Assembly: GCF_009914755.1 (NCBI RefSeq)
Contig: NC_060925.1
DNA from: the human T2T-CHM13v2.0 reference genome, Homo sapiens
Strand: one strand, 5' to 3'
Length of the DNA: 64,000 bases
A program made the translations under genes and the position numbers. Shown here piece by piece: positions 53,689 through 64,000 of this stretch; within the stretch, counting starts at the first letter, position 1; every line of letters starts with the position of its first letter. The notes under the pieces are model-generated. The model was not told the origin of the DNA. It saw only the letters and a program-made list of their open reading frames with translations, and did not search any database.

Positions 53689-54489
53689 TTGAGGAATCGC
53701 CACACTGTCTTCCACAATGGTTGAACTAGTTTACAGTCCCACCAACAGTGTAAAAGCATTCCTATTTCTCCACATCCTCTCCAGCACCTTCTGTTTTCTG
53801 ACTTTTTAATGATCGCCATGCTAACTGGTGTGAGATGGTATCTCATTGTGGTTTTGATTTGCATTTCTCTGATGGCCAGTGATGATGAGCATTTTTTCAT
53901 GTGTCTGGATCTAGAACTAGAAATACCATTTGACCTAGCTATCCCATTACTGGGCATATACCCAAAGGATTATAAATCATGCTGCTATAAAGACACATGC
54001 ACACGTATGTTTATTGCCGCACTATTCACAATAGCAAAGACTTGGAACCAACCCAAACGTCCATCAATGAAAGACTGGATTAAGAAAATTTGGTACATAT
54101 ACACCATGGAATACTATGCAGCCATAAAAAAGGATGAGTTCATGTCCTTTGCAGGGACATGGATGAAGCTGGAAACCACCATTCTGGGCAAACTATTGCA
54201 AGGACAGAAAACCAAACACCGCATGTTCTCACTCATAGGTGGGAACTGAACAATGAGAGCACATGGACACAGGGTGGGGAACATCACACACCAGGGCCTG
54301 CTGGGGGGTGGGCGGGGAGGGGAGGGATAGCATTAGGAGATATACCTAATGTAAATGACGAGTTAACAAGTGCATCACACCAACATGGCACATGTATACA
54401 TATGTAACAAACCTGCACGTTTTGCACATGTACCCTAGAACTTAAAGTAAAATAATTTAAAAAAGGAAAAAACAAAAACAAAAAGAAAA
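53689..54489 (+). mobile_element. 5'-truncated, 5'-inverted L1PA (roughly L1PA4-6)
   Basis: Antisense ORF2 piece 53689-53907 joined to the sense ORF2 C-terminus (…[11 protein letters not shown]), G-rich 3' UTR and A-rich tail. TSD GAAATC(A/G)CTTTG at 53680-53691 and 54490-54501. Confidence 0.92.
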
Positions 54490-56555
54490 GAAATCGCTTT
54501 GCTATGATAAGGACTTATATTTAAAACTGAACACAAACCACATACTAAACTCAACAAATTCTTCCATTTGTGCTTATGTTTTCCACCTTATCAGAGAAAT
54601 CCACATCCCTCCCTTTCATGAAAACCCTGTTCAATGTTTGCATTATCCATGAAACATCTCCTGACTCTCTTCAACATATGCGTAGTTTGTACTCTACTGA
54701 GTTGCCCTTTTAATAAATTTCTCTTGTAAGCATCCTTATACCAGTCATCAGTAGTTACAGTGTTATAAGCGCTTTGAGAACAAGGATGTATCTTATGACC
54801 CCTAACACCTTGGACACTCCTAATTGTTGAATAGTAAAACCTTTCTGCAATAAGAAAACTGGCAAAAAAGAAAGGAGGACCTGGTGCCTCCAACACATTT
54901 GCAGCAGGTGGCATGTGGTAGGGGAGCCCAGCCTGCTGAGGGTTTTCAGTCACTACTTTGTGTGTGTGTGTGTGTGTAGTGGGGGCGGGGGTGGGAGGTA
55001 AGGGAGAACCCTTATTGTCAGTTGTGATAGTGAAGGATGATGCTTCTTCATTTCCCTCTTTTCTTCTGTGGCTGGTTAGAATAAAAAGGCGTCCATGAAA
55101 AACTCCTTAGGCTGACAGCATTCTTAGCTAGCTGCCTTCTACTCTGGCTTCCTGAACATCTCTAATACCCCATTTGTAATAATTATAAAATATTGAACCC
55201 AGGATTTTTTTCTTGGTTACTTTTATGATATAAAATGAGAGAAAGCCCCTCGTTTCATCCATCCATCCCTTCCTCCCTCTTTCCTTCTCTCTCAGTCTCC
55301 TCTCGTGTTCTCTCTCTATCTTGCTATGGTTCTCTGTCTCCATCTACACACACATACAAAAACACACACGCACACACACAAACATCCTACTGACTCCCCT
55401 ACTTTGCCTCTGCACAAGGATAGATATAGAATTAGGGAGGCATCAGTTAGCTTTTGATCTTCATCAATGCTTTCGATTCATAAACTAAAGAGGAGATAAT
55501 CGAGATAACTTTATAGAGTTATTATTTGAACAAACTTAGTTGCATAACTTGGCTAAATCTTTCTTGCAAAACTGGAGGTTTTTCTCTCAGAATTAGTTGG
55601 ATATTTGCTACTATCATATTCTTTAACAAGATTAGGAATCAATTAATACTTTGTAAGAAAATATTCATGTGACACACAATATATAATATCTTGTTAGGCA
55701 ACAGAAGTTAATAATGAGACATAATAAGAATAATAAGTTCCTGACTACCTGTGGCAGGAAAAGAGTAGGTTTATGAATCAGTGTTCCCTTTCAAATATCG
55801 TAGTGAAGATTAAGATGCTGTTAATTCAGTAATAATCATGGCTATATCACTGACTGCTACTTGCTGTTTGCCAGGCAGTGCTAAGTCTATTGTCAGCTTA
55901 GTAAAGTATCACCTGAGAATGGTTCTCAATGAAAACCTATAATCAATCCTTAAATATTATTTTAATACTATTTCAACCTAGCCCTATACTACGCCTTATA
56001 TAGCATAAGAAAGTAATGAATCTCTATCCTCAATGGCCAAGATATCTCTTTTGGGTGGCAAGACATACACATTTCTTTTTTGGCATAGTCTCATGCTACC
56101 CTTAAGACACAAATCAAATGCCACACCCTATAAGAAACCTTCTCAAACTCTTTCAGTTTGGATTAATTTCTCTTTTGTGCTTCACTAGTGTCATTTTTAC
56201 TACTATTATAACATTTAATATGGATTACTGTATTATTGGGTACATTCTTAATTACACCTTAAGCATAAACTCTTAGAAGTAGAATTTCCCAGTCAAAGAG
56301 GGATCATTTGGGGTCCTCCTGACAAGGGAGAAGATGGCACACTGAAATGGAATTATTGAAGAGAAATATGTCAGGGACTATTTACAGGATTTGGGCCAGG
56401 CTTAAGGGGCACATTCAAGAATAAGAACGCAGCTAGTGGCTAAACACAGACCAAGCCATTGCTGCCTTAGGCTGAGGACCACATCCAGCTGGAAAGACAG
56501 CTGTACTGTAGGAAGGGCCTCCCCTCAATGGAGGAACAGCTACTGCCCATCTGAA

Positions 56556-56605
56556 CCCTTGCAAGCACAGAGCCTGGGGACCCTTGCAAGCACAGAGCCT
56601 GAGGA
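56556..56605. repeat. 25-nt tandem duplication
   Basis: CCCTTGCAAGCACAGAGCCTG(G/A)GGA twice, one mismatch. Confidence 0.9.
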
Positions 56606-58595
56606 ATAAACACTTCGGCCTCATTCCCTCCTGTCTGTTGTTCTCTTTATTGTGTCTTACGTTGGCAGAACCCAAAGAGAATCCAGAGGCTAAAGCTCAG
56701 GACAAGGTAGAGAAAAGTAGAGCACACATTTACAGGGGGGATTGAGACCATACAGAACAAAACTGTGGCACATTATGATATAAATTGCCAATTTTCATTC
56801 ACAGCAGCATTATGTGAAACAGCTCTTTTCTCCATCTTCTAATCAATATGGAAAAATCTAATTTTAAAAAATATTTACACATTTGAAAAATGTTAAGTAG
56901 CATCTCATTTATTATTATTATTATCATTATCTCTGTGACTATATTTACATATTTTTTTCTTTTTGGATGTGCCTGTTTATCTAATTGACCCATATCTAAT
57001 AGTGTTTCTCTTTTTCTAATTGAAAGCTAATAAGTCAACATTACTTGGATATAGCACCTAGTATAGTGCCTATTACTTAGCAAGCTATCAATAGATATTT
57101 ATTAAATAAGTATGCTATAAAGTATTTTGTTCTAGTTTGTCACTTGTTTTATCATTTCAATAATGGTTTTATTTTGCTATATAGACAATTTAAATCTTTA
57201 TGCAGTCAAGTATGACAATATTTTCCTAGAATTTTATCTGGCTAGAAGAATATACAATACTTCAAAAAGGAGATAGAACTTAAATTGAAAATTGCTTAGG
57301 TTTTAAAGCAGTGGAGATAGAGAGTGAAGACATTCTGGATGGGAAGAGTTGGCAAAAAGACTGTAGCAAAATGCAGTACAAGCTTAAGGAGAAATGTTTA
57401 GCTTAGTTCAACATAGTTCAGTTTAGCTGGAGCACAGGACATACGAAAGAAGTGAAGGAAGTAATACTAAAAACCATTCTTTGGGGCCACCATTAAAGAC
57501 CAGGCTAATAATTTTGTAGTAATTTTGTAGTAATGAATGCAATGGATGATAAAAATGGGGGGAGAAGTTAGAAGAGCTTTGTTTAGTCTTTGTTCTGGTG
57601 TTAGCTGCCTGCATGAACTTGGAAAAAAATAGTTGCCCTCATTGGATCTTAGTTTATTCATCTATAAAACGAGAAATCTGTGTTTATGTTAGATGCTTTC
57701 TAAGATTAAATTCTCTACTGTATGTCTATTTAATAAAAACAACTTGGCAATCAGAATTTTGTGATAAAAATGTCTGCTTCTTGGATACTTGCTCTAGTAG
57801 TTACAAAGGCTGGGAGAGCGTCACCCATTTAATTCATCATAAAATGTCTTGCAGTTTAATTTGGAGTGATATGCTGAGCAAGTAGTCCTTAATAGCTTTG
57901 AATATAAGAAGACAGCGGGTAGGATGAGCACAATGGAGTAGCAGACTTTAAATTGTAAGGTTAGGTTGTAAATAAATATCCTATTAGAATTATGCTGTAT
58001 ACCTACTTGCAAAAAACACAATGCATCATATGCAACAGTTGCATGTTAAAAAGCTGGTAAAGTGTTTGATGTTGCAAGTGTAAATTAACAACTAGTAGTA
58101 TTTGGCCCATTATAAGATATTTAATGGATTGTCTATCTTTGAATCATTTCCGTAGAATGATGAGCTTTTCTCTTTTAAAACAGCAATTTTCAAATCACAG
58201 TCTGTTGACATTTCTGTGGGAAAGACACTTATAAGTGTTCACACTATGACAACACCTTTTTTATTTCTGAATTAATTCATATAATACTGATGATTTTAAA
58301 TAAAATAATACATCTGTGATGGTTACTTTTGTGTGACAACTTGGCCAGGCTATGGTATCCACTTGTTTGATCAAACACCAATCTAAATGTTGCTATAAAG
58401 TTATTATTTAGATGTGATTAACATTTATTTATAGATAGTTGACTTTAAGTAAATTACCCTACATCGTATGGGTTGGCCACATCCGATCAGTTGAAAGCCT
58501 TTAGAGCAAAGATTGAAATTTCCCAAAGATGAAAGAATTCTGCCTCAAGACTGCATGATAAAAATTCTATGGGAGTTTCCAGTCTGCTGGCCTGC

Positions 58596-59303
58596 AGTGA
58601 TATAAGAAGATATTTGGTCTTTGTACCAGGTTTCTGGCACAGAACTCTTAAAATCCTTGGAATTTTCTGAGTGATAAAGATGATAGTAGCATCTTTTGTT
58701 CTAATTAAGTGACTGTCAGACGGCCCCTAGACTACTTCAAAATAAGGGCTGTTCCCCAGAAAGACCAAACCTTGATTAGAAGCTTGGAACTTTCAGCTTC
58801 ACTACTCAATCAGCAACCGCTTGGGAGAAGGGGAGTGGCTGGAAATTGAGTCAATCATCAATGGCTAATGATTTGATCAATCATGCCTATGTCATGAAAC
58901 CTCCTAAAAGCCCCTAAACAGAATTTGAGGAGGTTTGTCATCTGGCTGTTTATATGCATCCTTTAAAATAAACTGCAATAGTAAGTAGAGCATTTTGTTG
59001 AGTTCTGTGAGTCATTCTAGCAAATTATCAACCCTGAAGAGGGGGTTGTGGGAACCCAAGACTGTGTAGCTCAGCTGGAGAGAATTGTGGCTAAACTGGG
59101 GACTCAATACTTGTGCCTGGCCTCTGAAGGGAAGGTAGTCTTGTGGGACTGGGCTCTTAAATCTATGGAGTCTTACTCTAACTCCAGGTAGTTACTGTCA
59201 GAACTGAGCTGAACTATAGCATGCCTAGTGAGTGTCAGAGAATTGAAGAAGTGGTGTTGGAAAAGACACCACATTTTGTGTCATGAGGAACAAAAACCTC
59301 TCA
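58596..59303 (+). mobile_element. MER21-like LTR nested in MLT2
   Basis: Starts AGTGATATAAGAAGATATTTGGTCTTTGTACCAGGTTTCTGGCACAGAACTC, resembling the recalled MER21 consensus. Flanks CCTGC/TCTGC. Confidence 0.7.
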
Positions 59304-59310
59304 TCTGCCC

Positions 59311-59669
59311 TGATGTGGTTTGGCTGTGTCCCTGCCCAGATCTCATCTTGAATTGTAGCTCCCATAATTCCCACGTGTTGTGGGAGGGACCCGGTGGGAG
59401 ATGATTGAATCATGGAGGCAGTTTCCCCCATACTGTTCTCGTGGTAGTGAATAAGTCTCATAAGATCTGACCATTTTATAAGAGGTTTCCCCTTTCGCTT
59501 GGTTCTCATTCTCTATTGTCTGCTGCCATGTAAGACATCTCTTGCTCTTCTGCCATGATTATGAGGCCTCCACAGCCATGTGGAACAGTGAGTCAATTAA
59601 ACCTCCTTTTTTATAAATTACCCAGTCTTGAGTATGTCTCTATTAGCAGCGTGAGAACAGACTAATACG
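59311..59669 (+). mobile_element. THE1-type MaLR solo LTR nested in MLT2
   Basis: TGATGTGGTTTGGCTGTGTCCC...GACTAATACG with perfect TSD TGCCC (59306-59310, 59670-59674). Confidence 0.9.
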
Positions 59670-59933
59670 TGCCCTGAAGATTTTGGTCCCAAGACTACAA
59701 CACTAACTCTTCCCTGGATCTCTAGCCTGCTAACATGCCCTGCAGACTTCAGATTTTAGATTTGTCAGCTCCCACAGTCATGTGAGCCAATTCCTTACAA
59801 TAAATCTCTCTTTCTCCATTCTGTTTGTCTGAGAACCCTAATGGAACATCTTTGGTATCTCATAAAAGGAGGACCTGATTGTGAGTGTAAGATATATTTA
59901 GATCTGCCTGGGTATATCTGGCAAATTGGGTGG

Positions 59934-60358
59934 TGCTATGGTTTGGATAGGGTTTGTTTGGCCCTGCCAAATCTCATGTTGCAATTTGATCCCCAACATT
60001 GAGGCTGAGCCTTTTAGGAGGTGTTTGGATCTTGGGGTCAGATCCCTCATGAGTGGCTTGGCATCATTCTCATGGGAGTGAATGAGTTCTCACTCTTAGC
60101 TCCCACAAGAACTGGCTGTTGAAAAAGAGCCTGACACTTCCTCCTCTCTCTCTGTCTCTTGCTTCTTCTCTCATCATGATATATCTGCTCCCCTTCACCT
60201 TCCACCATGAGTAAAAGCTCCCTGAGGCCTCCTCAGAATCAGATGCTGCCATGCTTCCTGTACAGCCTCCAGAACCGTGAGCCAATTAAACCTCTTTTCT
60301 TTATAAATTACCCAGTCTTGGGTGATTCCTTTATAGGAACACTAAATGGACTGAGACA
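59934..60358 (+). mobile_element. MST-type (MSTB-like) MaLR solo LTR
   Basis: TGCTATGGTTTGGATA...GGACTGAGACA, 425 nt, perfect TSD GGTGG. Confidence 0.87.
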
Positions 60359-61572
60359 GGTGGCCAGGCTACCAGCAGCATACTGCCATTAGAACTGGGG
60401 AGTGGCATTCTTGGCGTGGGGTTGTGGGGGACAGTCATGGAAAGAGGGAACACCTCTGGGTGTGCTGTTAACTCAGATATCTCTGAACATTGTGAACAAC
60501 GTGGGAGATAACCCAGCGAAAGCCCATGCACTGGAAAACATTTTGAAGAATTCACCATGAGAGAAATCGGAGCCAGGTATGGTGCCCTGGTTCTCAGAAG
60601 AGAGAGATCATTCTGAGAGCCTTGACTAGTTTACTCAGATTTGTATTTAGAGTAAAACAAAGAAGATCTGTTTTGTTAAACCTTTAAGATACCAAAATCT
60701 ACTCAGTATTCTTTTAGGACTCACTTAAGAAAGAGGGAGGCAAGGAAGAAAGACATTTTTCCACCACTACTTTTAACATAGTCTCATTCAGCTTTGGTAC
60801 TAGCAGAATACAGAACAGTGATACAGATATAACAGCAGAGGGGCATATTAGAATCGACTGGGACAGCTCTACCTAGCAAAGCAGTCCTGGTACTCACCTG
60901 ACGAGGAATATCTAAGGTGGCCCCTGGTGGAAAACTATTCCACCTGGCACAGCAGTGGGAGAGCTCAGGTACCTGGTGGAGCAGCAATGGAAGAATAGCA
61001 GTGCTCCTTATGCCCATAGATGATGGTGTTTATCCAGAGAAGGGACATGGAGATGCCCAGTGGAGTAACCGTGGCACTTAGCCAATTGGTGTCCAGCTTG
61101 ATCCTAAGTGCAAGTGAGAAAACCCATATGGACTCCCCAGAAATGCATGAGGATTAGTTTGCTGGAGGCAGAGATCATCTACAGCAGGTGAGGGCAATGA
61201 GGCAGTGAAATACAAATATTAGAACTAATGAGACTTATTTGTACATTCAGATTAATGGGATCTAGGAAAATTCAAGATAAATCTATCTATATCTATATCT
61301 ATATATCTACCTGATCTATCTGTCATCTGTTTACCTACATCCACTTCAAGGTACAATCAATGGGTGCTCACTACATCAAAACTTGTGCTTTGGGACTCTA
61401 TGTTTCTTAGATGGACAATGTCTTTAAAGCATGGATTTAGGAAAGGAAAGTGAAAATCAATACAGTTTGTAGGTGATAAAAGAGACAGGAGATTTGGGTC
61501 TCTTTCTCCCTTTTTTTATGTAACCCCCAAACACCTTTTCTTCTTTTCCTCTTAAAAACTGTTCAAAGCAGA

Positions 61573-61573
<1 letters not shown>

Positions 61574-61606
<33 letters not shown>
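61574..61606. repeat. Poly-A run (~33 nt)
   Basis: Seen directly. Confidence 0.9.
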
Positions 61607-61609
<3 letters not shown>

Positions 61610-64000
61610 AAAAACAAAAGACACAAAAGATAGAGTGAGATATTGTTTTTGACCTTGAGGAGAGAAAAACAACAAAACCTCATTTGAGTAACAGTATACA
61701 TACACACAAACCATATTTTATAAAAATTAGGAAATACTATATAATTATATACAGTAGATGGAAGATAATTTATCTGAATTTAGGACTGCTTGGCTATATT
61801 TATGCACATCGAAAGTATGCGTTAACATTACATTTAGATACAAGTCATTTAAAAACAGTACCTGGAATAGGATGGTATTATGTGTTTGTTAGCTAAGAAT
61901 TAATAAAAGGGATTATGCTTTTATTTGTACGATGAATTGCATTTTCCTTTTTTTTCAGGAAACTAATTCTTTAAAGGTTGGGGTGCAGATGTATGCACAT
62001 AGTGAAAAATTAAAACTAGTAGAGTACAAAATGAAAAGCAAAAGCCTCCTCACATTCCCAGCTCAGTCCTTAAAACTTTAAACACTGGGATAAGAGACTG
62101 ACATAAACTGAGATTGTTATATAAGTTTCACTTATAAAGGTGGTACTAGCCATATCTGAGTTTGATTAATAACCATATAATCATTTCCTTTTTCTTCTTT
62201 GATGCACTTGCTATTGTGGAAAGCTAAGAACCATTGCAAAAGCAGGCAGGCAAACTTTAAATAATATTGGATGGCATTATGGTTTAGGGAAACAAAATGA
62301 AACAAAAACAAAACAAAAGAGGAGACAAAGAATTAGCAAGAGCTGAGCACCAGTTTAGAGTTATTTGTGTAAACATGAGTGAATCACTGGAGCTTTAGGC
62401 CTCAGTTTTCTCATTTGTTAAAAAGAAAAACAGAATAGGAAGAGTATATTATTTATCACATCTATACCTACAATTGTTGTGAGGATAACATAAAACAAGT
62501 GGCCATACCAGCATTTTGTAAAGGAGAATGCATTATACAGGTAAGAATTAACAAGTTTAAATCATTATCAAAAATAGCAGAGGCTAACTGATCTTTTAAT
62601 GTAGAAGCCATTCTCATTAATGAATGTTCATAAATACTGGGAATAATACTTTAAAATATGTATTATGTAATTATGTAAATTCCAGTATAGATTTTTTCAA
62701 CTAAATCTAAAACATATAGTTAAATTTTTATAAAAGGAAACATGTATTTGACTTAGCACATTGAGGAAAAGCATTTTTGTCATTCCTTCATTTATTCATT
62801 CCATAAGTATTTGTTGGACAGCTACTTTGTGCATCTACTATGCATTTTATGTGATGAGATATAGCAGATAGCGAGATGTGTACAAGATAATTTCAGGTAT
62901 CTGTTTTGAATTATACACTGTTCTGGGTTATAATTCCCAAACTTCACAGATGCCATGTTTTATCTGACATAGGTTTTATAATATACCAATGATTTTAAGC
63001 CACTTTATATTGTTTCAGTCAATTACAATATAAAACGGTGAATGATTTTAGAAGAATATTTATGCTAAAGTACAAATTATAGTCTATCTCCTATTATGGA
63101 GATTGAGCTACTTATAAGAAGAACTAATTTAGGTAAATACTAAAGTTTCACTGATTAGTAACAAATTTCAGTGAGGATAACAACATTTAAATATGTATAG
63201 ATAAAAATTCAAGATAATATTAGCATTAATATTTTATTGTTGCCCTCTGATCTCAGTTTTTCAAGCTCTTTTGTTTTTTATATTACATAGTAAGTCACAT
63301 ATGAAAGTAAATTGTGAGAGTATTAATAAAATATAAATTCAGAGTATTGATGGGCTTCTATGCCCATCAAACAGAGAAAATAAATTAATATATACACATT
63401 TAATTTGTCTTAGACTAAATACTTTTGTTTCTAAGTTTATATTTGGTCTGTAGCCTTAGCATCACTGAAATTATCATGAACTTTTCTTAGAGCTTTCATG
63501 GTAGTAATTTTACAATATTTTTATTTTCTGAATTAGTCTCTGATAGTCTCCTTAAATTCTGTGATTAATGTTTGGTTAGTGTTAGTATTTTCGAGCTAAT
63601 TTTATTTACAACATATCTTTTAAAGTCACATATTTATTTATGGTGATAGAGTGGAATACAACGGTCATTAAAACCACATAGTATGAAAATATGTAAGGCA
63701 AGCTTCAATTTTTATGAAATGTTTTTTCAGAGGAAGTTTTCAATAGATGCTGTATTTGAGAAATGTCCACTCAAAAGTTTGTTGGAGTTCAGTTTACAGT
63801 AAAGGTATGTGCCTTTATAGAAACCATTTATTTGATTTATATTTTAAAAACCATGCTTAACTTTATAGCAATGATTCAGCTGAGGGGAAATCTCTTAAAA
63901 TTATCTATATAGTCTTTTCCACATCCAGAGTTCCACCCTAATGGGATTTATGATCTGCATCCTCTTGATTTTTGCATAATAGAGCTACACAAGTGGCAGA

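Larger units (their letters stand above)
58315..59848 (+). mobile_element. MLT2-type ERVL LTR split by two younger LTR insertions
   Basis: 5' part TGTGATGGTTACTTTTGTGTGACAACTTGG... to 58595; resumes at ~59670 through GTGAGCCAATTCCTTACAATAAATCTCTC...GAGAACCCTAA. Confidence 0.75.

Noticed and set aside
53364-54249. Long ORFs 53364..53957 (-, 197 aa) and 53809..54249 (+, 146 aa)
   Set aside because: Chimeric readings across the L1 inversion junction and flank; each contains only an L1 ORF2 fragment.
61574-61606. Poly-A run as the tail of a processed pseudogene
   Set aside because: No recognisable upstream retrocopy body, poly(A) signal or TSD.
38852-64000. A further USH2A exon or nested gene in the right-hand 25 kb
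   Set aside because: No FN3/laminin-like reading frame with splice sites found by eye; consistent with a long intron 32. Non-coding exons cannot be excluded.

Overview
AT-rich, repeat-rich human (or very close hominid) genomic DNA from the interior of USH2A (usherin, 1q41), which is transcribed on the minus strand. Five coding exons with canonical AG/GT boundaries (160, 172, 148, 152 and 163 nt) splice into one uninterrupted frame of fibronectin type III repeats. Their sizes match exons 33-37 (c.6326-c.7120) as I recall the transcript numbering. The rest is intron: a near-complete 5.56-kb HERV-H/LTR7 provirus antisense to USH2A, a twin-primed L1PA, an older L1 with an internal inversion, seven dimeric Alus plus a FLAM, several MaLR/ERVL LTRs including a nested stack, and microsatellites. 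Almost all other ORFs in the track are repeat-derived or chance. I find no novel protein-coding system. The most interesting signals are regulatory or mechanistic: (1) an antisense FLAM in intron 35 carrying a complete, in-frame, stop-free 93-nt cryptic exon; (2) HERV-H LTRs identical over 283 nt of U3 but divergent in their 3' third, where a clustered change creates an AATAAA/TTTATT hairpin and an AATAAA on the USH2A sense strand; (3) a UG-flanked candidate TDP-43-repressed cryptic exon; (4) a head-to-head Alu pair about 32 nt apart; (5) CpG-retaining and homeobox-site-dense unique intronic elements. Repeat family names come from recalled consensus sequences, not from a database search.
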